A stretch of DNA of 64,000 nucleotides. Source: Patescibacteria group bacterium. GTDB taxonomy: Bacteria > Patescibacteriota > Microgenomatia > UBA12405. Below, piece by piece: positions 18,516 to 27,152 of this stretch. Location: the NCBI GenBank assembly GCA_038062455.1, contig JBBTXE010000001.1, positions 250,371 through 314,370 on the forward strand, in the 5' to 3' direction. The notes beneath the pieces were generated by a model. The model had not been told where the DNA came from, searched no databases, and was given only the letters and a program-made list of their open reading frames with translations. Numbering within the stretch: the first letter of the stretch is position 1; every line of letters starts with the position of its first letter. The position numbers and the translations under genes were made by a program.

Positions 18516-19489
18516 TGAAAAAATCTCCCATTTTCTCAATTATTATACCTGTCCGGATTTATACTCCTTATTTGAGAGAAACTCTCTCACACCTAAAAAA
18601 ACAAACATTTAACTCATTTGAAACCCTGGTAATTACCGACAAAATATCCGGATCAACTAATCCGGCATTTAAACGCAATCTCGGCGCCAAAATGAGCCAA
18701 GGTCAGTTTTTAGCTTTTCTTGATGACGATTCCTATCCCTCGCCAAATTGGTTAAAAAACGCTTTTCGGCTATTGACCAATAACGTCTCTGCTGTTTGCG
18801 GACCTTGTCTGACTCCACCCCGGGATAATCTTTTAAAAAAAGCTTCCGGCCTGGTCTGGTCATCATATCTTGGCAGCGGCGGTGCCGGTACTTATCGGAA
18901 TTCAGTCAAATCTAAAAGATTTGTTGATGATTTTCCTTCCGTCAATTTAATTATTAAAAAATCTGATTTTATTAAAATTAAAGGATTTAACACCCACCAT
19001 TGGCCCGGCGAAGATACTCTTCTCTGTCTGGCCATTGTTTGTAAACTAAAAAAACAAATTTTATATCACCCCAAAGTGGTTGTCTACCATCATCGTCGGG
19101 AAATTATTCTGCCCCACCTCCAGCAAATTACCCGTTACGCCCTTCATCGGGGAAACTTTGCCAGGATTTACCCCCAAACCAGTTTTAAAATTGGCTACCT
19201 TTTACCATCACTCTTTTTTCTGTATTTATTATTTTTGCCGATTCTAATACTTTACCTACATTATTATTTTTTACTCGTTCCTTTACTAATATATTTTTTA
19301 CTTTTACTAATTACTTTTTTTATATTTATTTTCGATCATTCATTTCTTCTCTCGCTTTTAGCTACACTCGCCATTCCGATCACTCACCTTTACTATGGTA
19401 TCTTATTCCTGATCGGATTTTTTACCAAAAACTTAATATTTACTGCCCGCCAAATTGACAAAAATAAAAACCAATATCTCGGCGGTTAA
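18515..19489 (+). CDS. Family-2 glycosyltransferase with a C-terminal multi-TM domain
   Basis: 324 aa. Motifs FSIIIPVRIYTPYL and FLAFLDDDSYPSPNWL. The last roughly 110 aa are hydrophobic helices. Confidence 0.75.
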   Translation: MKKSPIFSIIIPVRIYTPYLRETLSHLKKQTFNSFETLVITDKISGSTNPAFKRNLGAKMSQGQFLAFLDDDSYPSPNWLKNAFRLLTNNVSAVCGPCLTPPRDNLLKKASGLVWSSYLGSGGAGTYRNSVKSKRFVDDFPSVNLIIKKSDFIKIKGFNTHHWPGEDTLLCLAIVCKLKKQILYHPKVVVYHHRREIILPHLQQITRYALHRGNFARIYPQTSFKIGYLLPSLFFLYLLFLPILILYLHYYFLLVPLLIYFLLLLITFFIFIFDHSFLLSLLATLAIPITHLYYGILFLIGFFTKNLIFTARQIDKNKNQYLGG

Positions 19490-20954
19490 AATATCCGTTT
19501 CCTATCCACCGCTTTCATCATCTAAGGGCCGCCCTTTTTTGGGACAAAACCGGCAGTTTCAATGGACCAACACCGGCAATGTCATATTACCGGTAATTCC
19601 AGCATATGGAGCTACTGCCCTAAAAAATCTAGGTTTTAAAGTTTATTGGGACGACGCCGTCGCCGAAAAAATTTCCTATCAAAAGTGGCTTAGGCGACTT
19701 ATTAGACGAAAGCCCGATATTATTTTTATTGAATCCAAAACTCCGGTAATCAAATCTCATTGGAAAATAATTAAAATAATAAAAAAAATTTCATTGAAAA
19801 TTGAAAATTGGAATTTGAAAATTATCTTAATGGGTGATCATCTCACCGCCCTTCCTCTTGAATCTTTTGACCACTGTCCGGTTGATTATGTCATCACCGG
19901 CGGCGATTACGATTTTATGATGATATCTCTATTAAATCACCTGACCAAAAAAACACCTCTAGAACCCGGATTTTATTGGCGAAAAGGAAAAAAAATTCAA
20001 AACAGTGGCCCATTCTCACTAATTCACCACCATCTTGATGATTTACCCCTCATTAATCGTCGCCTAACCAAATGGAAACTTTATGGCCACAATAACACCA
20101 ATTTTAAATATAAACCCGGTGCCTATATTATGTCAGCCCGCGACTGTTGGTGGGGAAAATGTACTTTTTGTTCCTGGACTACCACTCACCCCGCCGGCAC
20201 CTTTCGGACCTTTTCCGTTGACCACACCATCAAAGAAATAAAATATTTAGTCAAGCTCGGTATAAAAGAAATTTTTGATGATACTGGTACCTTTCCTGTT
20301 GGGCCCTGGCTAGATAAATTTTGCCACCAGATGATAGAAACCGGACTTAATAAAAAGATAGTCCTTGGCTGCAATATGAGATTTGCCGCTCTTAACCAAG
20401 CCCAATATAATTTGATGGCCAAGGCCGGTTTTCGTTTTTTGCTCTACGGACTCGAATCCGGCAACCAACAAACCCTCAACCGAATCAACAAAAACACCAA
20501 AGTCAAAGATGCCCGCGATTCACTTTTAATGGCCAAAAAAGCCGGTTTGCAACCGCATCTAACCATTATGATTGGCTATCCTTGGGAAGATTTTAAAATG
20601 ACTCAAAAGACACTTAATCACACCAAGGAACTTTTTCGTCAAGGACTCGCTGATAGTCTCCAAGCTACTATTATAATTCCCTATCCTGGAACCCATCTCT
20701 TTACCGAATGTCAAAACAAAAACTGGCTAACTACAAAAAATTGGGATGACTACGATATGCGCCAACCGGTAATGAAGTCTCCTCTTAGCCCTCAAACTCA
20801 ACTTTTTATGGTAAAAAACATATTTAAAGGGATTTTAACCCCTCAATTTATTATTCGAAAAATTGTCTCTATCAGAAATATTGATGATTTAAAATTTCTT
20901 GTAAACTATGCCGTCAAGTATCTCCAAAAACTCAAAGACTTTTCCGACGCCTAA
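19455..20954 (+). CDS. B12-binding-domain radical SAM enzyme (class B-like), atypical Cys spacing
   Basis: 499 aa. Rossmann-like N-terminal half ending in ILMGDHLTALP. Cys triad CWWGKCTFC (Cx4Cx2C) at 20145-20171. LLYGLESGNQ block. Confidence 0.7.
   Translation: MTKIKTNISAVKISVSYPPLSSSKGRPFLGQNRQFQWTNTGNVILPVIPAYGATALKNLGFKVYWDDAVAEKISYQKWLRRLIRRKPDIIFIESKTPVIKSHWKIIKIIKKISLKIENWNLKIILMGDHLTALPLESFDHCPVDYVITGGDYDFMMISLLNHLTKKTPLEPGFYWRKGKKIQNSGPFSLIHHHLDDLPLINRRLTKWKLYGHNNTNFKYKPGAYIMSARDCWWGKCTFCSWTTTHPAGTFRTFSVDHTIKEIKYLVKLGIKEIFDDTGTFPVGPWLDKFCHQMIETGLNKKIVLGCNMRFAALNQAQYNLMAKAGFRFLLYGLESGNQQTLNRINKNTKVKDARDSLLMAKKAGLQPHLTIMIGYPWEDFKMTQKTLNHTKELFRQGLADSLQATIIIPYPGTHLFTECQNKNWLTTKNWDDYDMRQPVMKSPLSPQTQLFMVKNIFKGILTPQFIIRKIVSIRNIDDLKFLVNYAVKYLQKLKDFSDA
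19794..19823 (+). repeat. Imperfect tandem heptamer repeat (TTGAAAA x4 plus TT) inside the radical SAM CDS
   Basis: Reads ttgaaaa ttgaaaa ttggaat ttgaaaa tt and encodes LKIENWNLKI, just before the conserved LMGDH strand. Confidence 0.6.
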
Positions 20955-22485
20955 ACCTAAAATTATTTTGTTTTTTCCTTCCCCTTTACCTTACGAACGA
21001 AACTGGCATGGTGTTCCTTTGGCCCTGCTGGCCATCAGCCGGCAACTGGCTCGCGAAAACTACGACATTCAAATTTATTCACGTTATCTTCAAAAGGAAT
21101 ACTTAAAAAATATCCTTAAAGAGGGGGAGGGGAGTCTTTGTCTGGGAATTTCCGCTATGACCGGATTTCAAATTTTTGATGGTTTAAAAACCGCCAAAGC
21201 ATTTAAGAAAAAATATCCTAAAATTCCCATAATTTGGGGAGGCTGGCACCCTTCAATTCTTCCGTTGGAAACCGTTAAAAACAAATATGTTGATATTATT
21301 GTTCGCGGTCAGGGCGATGTTACCTTTACCCAACTTGTTCACACCCTTCAAGACCAAAAAGATCTTGAAAACATTAAAGGCCTTACCTTTAAGCGGGGAA
21401 AAAAGATTGTTTCCACCCCCGACCGTGAACCAACTAAACTCTCACTTCAGCCGCCCCTCCCCTATCACCTTGTTGACATTTCCCGGTGTACCCTAAACAC
21501 CGAATATGGCCTGAAAACCATCCCCTACATTAGTAGTTACGGTTGTCCTCACCGCTGTGCCTTCTGTGTTGAACAAATTGTTAATAAAAGATCATGGACA
21601 GCCGTTCCCGCCAAAATGATCATAAAAGAATGGCAAGCCTTAATCAAGAAATATGGCGTTGACTCCTTTGCCGTCTATGACAGTAATTTCTTCGTTGATG
21701 AAAAAAGAACCCGGGATCTTTGCTGTGGAATTATTAAAAAAAAGCTAGCCATAAAGTGGGGCAACGCTAATGGCCGCGTCGGTCAACTATGCCGCTATCA
21801 AACCAAAACCTGGGAACTGATGAAAAAATCCGGTTGTACCATGATTCTTACCGGCGCCGAGTCCGGATCCCAAAACGCTCTCGATTTTATCAGTAAGGAT
21901 ATGAATGTCAACGACATTATCAAATTTACCCGACTTTGCAAGAAATATAAAATTAAAATCCTTTACTCCTTTCTGGTTGGCCTCCCTTGGTCCGAAGATC
22001 CGCTCCAAAATAAAATCTTTGTTCAGGAGGAATATAAAAGTACTCTGGCTCTAATTGATCAACTATTAAAAATTTGTAACCGAAATCGCTATACCTACTA
22101 CGTATTTCTACCCTATCCCGGCGCTCCGCTATTCACCAGAGCCTTAACTTTGGGTTATCAAGCCCCTCACACTCTTAGTGGCTGGAGCAACTATCTAATG
22201 TCACCCGAAGACGCCTTTAAATCAATTTTAAGACAACGGTGGATTTCGCCAAAACAGTCCCGAATGACTGCCATGCTCACTCAATATATTTTTGGTCTTT
22301 TAGACCGTGACACTTTCCCCATTCTTAAAAAGAGGGTGTCGTCCCCTCTTGGTAAACTAATTTTCACCTTAAGTTATCGCCCGGCTCTTCTTTTAGTAAA
22401 AATTCGCTGGAAATTAAAATATTTTGGTTTACCCTTTGATTACTGGCTTTTTACTCAAGTCCACAAATATGCCGGCCTTATCTAA
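20908..22485 (+). CDS. B12-binding-domain radical SAM enzyme (class B-like)
   Basis: 525 aa. N-terminal segments KIILFFPSP and IIWGGWHPS. CPHRCAFC (CxxxCxxC) at 21544-21567. MILTGAESGSQ block. Confidence 0.75.
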   Translation: MPSSISKNSKTFPTPKPKIILFFPSPLPYERNWHGVPLALLAISRQLARENYDIQIYSRYLQKEYLKNILKEGEGSLCLGISAMTGFQIFDGLKTAKAFKKKYPKIPIIWGGWHPSILPLETVKNKYVDIIVRGQGDVTFTQLVHTLQDQKDLENIKGLTFKRGKKIVSTPDREPTKLSLQPPLPYHLVDISRCTLNTEYGLKTIPYISSYGCPHRCAFCVEQIVNKRSWTAVPAKMIIKEWQALIKKYGVDSFAVYDSNFFVDEKRTRDLCCGIIKKKLAIKWGNANGRVGQLCRYQTKTWELMKKSGCTMILTGAESGSQNALDFISKDMNVNDIIKFTRLCKKYKIKILYSFLVGLPWSEDPLQNKIFVQEEYKSTLALIDQLLKICNRNRYTYYVFLPYPGAPLFTRALTLGYQAPHTLSGWSNYLMSPEDAFKSILRQRWISPKQSRMTAMLTQYIFGLLDRDTFPILKKRVSSPLGKLIFTLSYRPALLLVKIRWKLKYFGLPFDYWLFTQVHKYAGLI

Positions 22486-23494
22486 ACCATCAATCTCCGT
22501 TATTATCCCTACTCTCAACAGCGGCTCTTTTTTAAATGCCTGTCTCGCCTCCATTAGAAACCAATCCTACCCATCCGCTAAAATTCATATATTAATCGCC
22601 GATGGCGGTTCAACTGATTCTACTTTAAAGATTGCCAAAACTTATCACTGTCGCATCTTTCAAAACAAACTCAAAACCGCCGAAGCCGGCAAAGCTCTCT
22701 TGATTAAAAAAGTTACCACTCCTTATCTGATTTCTCTTGACTCCGATAACATTTTACCCTCAAAAAACTGGATATCAGAAATATTAAAACCGCTTCTTGC
22801 CAATCCTCGGGTTATTGGCTCTGAAAGCATTGCTTTTACCTACCGTCGCCATTCGGGATTTATCGAAAGATACTCCGCCCTTCTGGGGGCCAATGATCCT
22901 TATGCCTTTTTTACCGGTGTTTACGATCGTTATTCCCATCTTACTAATCACTGGACCGGGCTAAAGATAACCCAAATTGAAACAAAAGACTACCTTTTAA
23001 TCGACCTAAAAAACACCAAAAACTTGCCTACTATCGGCGCCAATGGAACTCTCTACCTGACATCTTTCATCCAAAATATTTTCCCAAAAAACTATTTTTT
23101 TGACACCGACATTCTTAGCCAGCTAAAACTTTCCTCGCCACTCTTCTTTGCCAAAGTAAAAAACGACATTATCCACTCCTATTGTGAGGCCTCTATTTTA
23201 AAATTTATTAAAAAACAAAAAAGACGGGTAATTGATCTTTATTGCCATCAAAGACACCTAAAAAAACTTGCCTCTATCGGAAATCTCCGGCATCAACTTC
23301 TATTTCTTGTTTATTCCCTTACTTTAATTATTCCCATCTTTCAATCCTTAATAGGTTTTATTAAAAAACCTGATCCGGCTTGGTTTTTCCATCCCCTGGC
23401 TTGTTTTTCTACCGCTCTCATTTATACCTATTACTCAACACTTCATTTCTTCGGAATATTAAAACCGCTTTCCCGAAACCAATGGCGCCAATAA
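22469..23494 (+). CDS. Family-2 glycosyltransferase
   Basis: ISVIIPTLNSGSFLNACLASIRNQSY, ILIADGGSTDST and ISLDSDN (the DxD region). ATG 22469 is preferred over the longer ORF that starts at 22424. Confidence 0.7.
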   Translation: MPALSKPSISVIIPTLNSGSFLNACLASIRNQSYPSAKIHILIADGGSTDSTLKIAKTYHCRIFQNKLKTAEAGKALLIKKVTTPYLISLDSDNILPSKNWISEILKPLLANPRVIGSESIAFTYRRHSGFIERYSALLGANDPYAFFTGVYDRYSHLTNHWTGLKITQIETKDYLLIDLKNTKNLPTIGANGTLYLTSFIQNIFPKNYFFDTDILSQLKLSSPLFFAKVKNDIIHSYCEASILKFIKKQKRRVIDLYCHQRHLKKLASIGNLRHQLLFLVYSLTLIIPIFQSLIGFIKKPDPAWFFHPLACFSTALIYTYYSTLHFFGILKPLSRNQWRQ

Positions 23495-24633
23495 ACAAAA
23501 AAAATTTACTTATATTTCATTTAACTCCCTTCTTTTCCCCCAACATTGGCGGGGTGGAAACTTATCTTGATGATTTAACTTCAATTACCTCAAAAAATCA
23601 CCTATCTCAAATCATTGTCACCTATTCACCTCTTACCTCAATAGTAAAAGCTCCTTTTTACTGGACATCCGCTGATAAAATTCAACAAATTTACCGTTTT
23701 CCTCATATCGGTTTTAATTTATTCCACAAATTAGAAAAGTATCCTTTATTAAATTTTATATATTTAACACCATATCTATTAGTAGCCTCAATTATAATTT
23801 CTTTTTTCCACCGAAAAGAACATAATATCATTCATGCCCATGGCCTAAACTCCGCCATCGTCGGCTATGTTTTAAAACTGATATTTAAGTGGCCCTTGAT
23901 TGTTAATATTTACTCAACCTACGACAATGTCAATTTCAATTCTTTATTTTATAAAACTATCCGCTTTATTTTAAACAAGTCAGACAAAGTACTGACTCAA
24001 TCAAATCAATCAATCGAACAGCTAATCCAGTGGGGGGTTAACCCTAAAATTATTGGCCGTTATTATCACTGGATCGATCTCTCCCGTTTCCAACCCGTTT
24101 CTTCTCCCAAAAGTCCCCAAAACTTTTTATTTATCGGCCGACTCATTCCCCAAAAAGGCGTTCGGATTGTTCTTAAGCTGGCCCGCATTTTTCCTCAAAT
24201 CAATTTTCTTATTGTCGGCAGCGGTCCGGATTACCAAAAAGCCATTAAGCTTTCTAAAACATTAAAAAACCTTAAATTATTTGGTGAAGTCCCTTATAAA
24301 AAACTCCATCAGTATTATCAAATGGCGGATGTCTTTATTTTCCCCAGTCTTTATGCCGAAGGCTGGGGGAGAACTGCCATGGAAGCCGTCGCCTGTGGCC
24401 TGCCTGTTCTTGGGTCAAATCAGGGAGCTATCCCGGAAAATCTTAACTCCTCCGTTTCCATTCTCTTTAAACCTACTCTTCAAAACTTCCAAAGACAAAT
24501 CGCCAAAATTTTGAAATCACCTAAAGTTTATTTTAAACTTCAAAAAAACTGCCGTTCTTACGCCCTAAAACATTTTTCAACTAAAAACTTTTCTAATTTG
24601 AAAAAAATTTACTTATCCATCCCGGAACCCTAA
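23482..24633 (+). CDS. Family-4 glycosyltransferase
   Basis: PSLYAEGWGRTAMEAVACGLPVL and FIGRLIPQKGV blocks. ATG 23482 (MAPINKKNLLIFHL) is preferred over the ORF-track start at 23380. Confidence 0.8.
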   Translation: MAPINKKNLLIFHLTPFFSPNIGGVETYLDDLTSITSKNHLSQIIVTYSPLTSIVKAPFYWTSADKIQQIYRFPHIGFNLFHKLEKYPLLNFIYLTPYLLVASIIISFFHRKEHNIIHAHGLNSAIVGYVLKLIFKWPLIVNIYSTYDNVNFNSLFYKTIRFILNKSDKVLTQSNQSIEQLIQWGVNPKIIGRYYHWIDLSRFQPVSSPKSPQNFLFIGRLIPQKGVRIVLKLARIFPQINFLIVGSGPDYQKAIKLSKTLKNLKLFGEVPYKKLHQYYQMADVFIFPSLYAEGWGRTAMEAVACGLPVLGSNQGAIPENLNSSVSILFKPTLQNFQRQIAKILKSPKVYFKLQKNCRSYALKHFSTKNFSNLKKIYLSIPEP

Positions 24634-25342
24634 ACGGCCAGAAACGGGTTGTCGGTAAGGCCATTTTCACATAATCCCTAACTTTTAAATTATTCGTTAC
24701 CGCCTTTATTTCCACCGGCATCCGTTTTTCTGGATATGCCGCCAACATATCTGCCAATTCATCAATATAAATCATTTCAAAATGGCGATTTTCATCTCCC
24801 GCCATCATTCTTAAACCGCCTTGAGTATTAAATCCCAAAAAGTCTTTTATCCTTCCCGCCACCGATTTTTCCGCTGCTCGATATCTAAAATTCCGGTTTA
24901 TTACTACTCCCGGATAAATAATATAAAAATTCTTTTTTATATTCCTTTTAAAATACTTCAACCCTTCAAATTTGGTGTCAGTGTAATGGTTTCCACTATT
25001 TTTCTTCATCCCTAAAACCATCGTCGTTGAAACATAGACTATCTTATTAAAATGTTTTTTAGCAGCAATTTTTATTAAATTTTTAACTCCTACTACATTT
25101 ACCTTCCAATAATCATTTAGTTTCTTTGATCTATTTTCGGTGGCCAAATAATAGACTACATCGCCTTTTTTTAAGCATTTATATAAAAATTTATAATCCG
25201 CCACATCCCCTTGCAGACAATCATCACTTTTTCTGGCCACCCCCACTACCTCATACCCTTTAGTTTTCAAACATTTCCCTAAACTCCTTCCCACCAAACC
25301 GCTGGCGCCTAAAAGCACCACTCTATTTTTTGGCTTCAACAT
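24593..25342 (-). CDS. NAD-dependent epimerase/dehydratase family protein (short SDR-like)
   Basis: 249 aa. N-terminal Rossmann motif VVLLGASGLVGRSLG. VYVSTTMV block. Confidence 0.6.
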   Translation of the reverse strand: MLKPKNRVVLLGASGLVGRSLGKCLKTKGYEVVGVARKSDDCLQGDVADYKFLYKCLKKGDVVYYLATENRSKKLNDYWKVNVVGVKNLIKIAAKKHFNKIVYVSTTMVLGMKKNSGNHYTDTKFEGLKYFKRNIKKNFYIIYPGVVINRNFRYRAAEKSVAGRIKDFLGFNTQGGLRMMAGDENRHFEMIYIDELADMLAAYPEKRMPVEIKAVTNNLKVRDYVKMALPTTRFWPFRVPGWISKFFSN

Positions 25343-25934
25343 AGAAACATAAATCTTTATGAATCGGTAAATCTAACTTTTTCAAATCGGGACATTCTCC
25401 TTTTCCAATTTTATAAAATTTAATTTCCCTAAAACCTCCATCGCTCAATACCTTCCTAAAACTTTTTTCATTAAACATCCACTGATGAGGGCGAATAAAC
25501 TTTTCCAAAATCTTTTCCTTAAATGTTTTAAATCTCTTTTTTTCATATCCCAGATACTCGTTATTAAAGACATCAGGATCACTATAATTTTTTATCAATA
25601 TATCCAAATCAGGCATAACTACCCTCAATACCCCATTTTTTTTAAGTATCCGAAAACTTTCTTTTACCACTCCCGCTGTCTCCCAATAGTTTAAATGTTC
25701 CAATACATTTGAACAATAAATAAAGTTCACTGATTTATCTTCATACAGCAAAGATTTTCTTATATCACCAAAAGTAATTTTCGGCCAATCTACTCCGTAC
25801 TCTTTTCCCAAAAACCCAAATTTCACTAATACTTTGTTTATTTTAAACGCTCCCAGCCATGGCAACCAACCCCAATCGATATTTTCCCAGCCTTTGGCGC
25901 TGTCAGGACCGCTCCCTAAATTTATTTTAAGCAT
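25323..25934 (-). CDS. Class I SAM-dependent methyltransferase
   Basis: 203 aa. INLGSGPD (motif I-like), IYCSNVLEHL, LKKNGVLRVVMPD. Confidence 0.65.
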   Translation of the reverse strand: MLKINLGSGPDSAKGWENIDWGWLPWLGAFKINKVLVKFGFLGKEYGVDWPKITFGDIRKSLLYEDKSVNFIYCSNVLEHLNYWETAGVVKESFRILKKNGVLRVVMPDLDILIKNYSDPDVFNNEYLGYEKKRFKTFKEKILEKFIRPHQWMFNEKSFRKVLSDGGFREIKFYKIGKGECPDLKKLDLPIHKDLCFYVEAKK

Positions 25935-25943
25935 TATCTAAGA

Positions 25944-25949
25944 TACAAT
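25944..25949 (+). promoter_or_regulatory. Putative -10 box TACAAT, 6 nt upstream of GTG 25956 (leaderless geometry)
   Basis: tacaat at -12..-7 of the start codon, in a 21-bp divergent spacer. Confidence 0.4.
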
Positions 25950-25955
25950 ATAAAA

Positions 25956-27152
25956 GTGATCAAAATTGTCTTTATGGCTAATAATAACATTGGCCAAAGC
26001 CAAAGTGGGGGAGACACCATCTTTTTAGAATTCATCAAAAATTGGCAAAAAGACCTGGATATCACCCTATTTGGTTCAGCCGAAACTAAATTTTTAGCCG
26101 ATAGATATCATCTTAAAATCAACAATTTTATCCTCACTGACAATATCAATCCCAAATGCTTTCCCACCACTAAAAATATTATTTTTCACCAAATAAATAG
26201 AAGCTTCAAAGCTCTTAAGTCGATATTTAAAAACCGCCATCTTTTTAAAAACACCGATTACGTCTATTCAGTTTCCGACTTCTACCCCGATCTTTTACCC
26301 GCTCTTATGGTCAAACTCTTCTATCCTAAAATAAAATGGTTGGCCGGCTATTATCTTATCGCCCCGCTGCCCTGGCAAAAATCTTCTCCCTACTTCATCA
26401 ACCGCCAAATTGTAAAAAATATTTTTTACTGGTTTTTCCAACTTTTTAGCCGTTTTTTAGTAAATCTCTTTGCCGACACTGTTCTCATCACTTCCGAACC
26501 GGACAAAAAATATTTCAAAGGCAAAAATATTTCAGTAATTCAGGGTGGTGTGAATATAACTGAATCAAAAAAATATTTAAAATCGCCAAAGTCCATTCCG
26601 ATAACCAAACGAACTTATGACGCCGTTTTTATCGGGCGTCTCCACCCTCAAAAAGGAGTCCTGGAAATTGTCGATATTTGGCAGAAAGTGACCAAACTCA
26701 TTCCCAAAGCACAGCTGGCCATGATCGGCGACGGTCAACTGGAAAAAGAATTGAAATATAAAATCAAAAAATTAAATCTTCAAAAAAGCATCACCCTATT
26801 CGGTTTCCAAACAGGTCAAGCCAAATTTACTATTTTCAAAAAATCTAAAATGGTGGTTCATCCGGCCATATTTGATAGCGGTGGCATGGCCGCCGCTGAG
26901 GCCATGGCCTGGGGACTTCCCGGAGTCTCCTTTGATCTCCCCGCTCTCAAAACCTACTACCCCCAAGGCATGATCAAAACCCCCTGCTTTGATCAACAGG
27001 CCTTTGCCGACAATATCGTCAGGCTTTTAAAAACCCCTAAGCTTTATCAGAAAACTTCCAAAGAGGCTCTGGATCTTATCACTAATGTTTGGGATTGGTC
27101 CAAACGAGCTGAAAATATCTATCAAGAAATTTTTCTTCATGAAAAATCCTAA
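25956..27152 (+). CDS. Family-4 glycosyltransferase
   Basis: 398 aa. FIGRLHPQKGV and PAIFDSGGMAAAEAMAWGLPGV blocks. GTG 25956 or ATG 25974 as start. Confidence 0.75.
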   Translation: MIKIVFMANNNIGQSQSGGDTIFLEFIKNWQKDLDITLFGSAETKFLADRYHLKINNFILTDNINPKCFPTTKNIIFHQINRSFKALKSIFKNRHLFKNTDYVYSVSDFYPDLLPALMVKLFYPKIKWLAGYYLIAPLPWQKSSPYFINRQIVKNIFYWFFQLFSRFLVNLFADTVLITSEPDKKYFKGKNISVIQGGVNITESKKYLKSPKSIPITKRTYDAVFIGRLHPQKGVLEIVDIWQKVTKLIPKAQLAMIGDGQLEKELKYKIKKLNLQKSITLFGFQTGQAKFTIFKKSKMVVHPAIFDSGGMAAAEAMAWGLPGVSFDLPALKTYYPQGMIKTPCFDQQAFADNIVRLLKTPKLYQKTSKEALDLITNVWDWSKRAENIYQEIFLHEKS

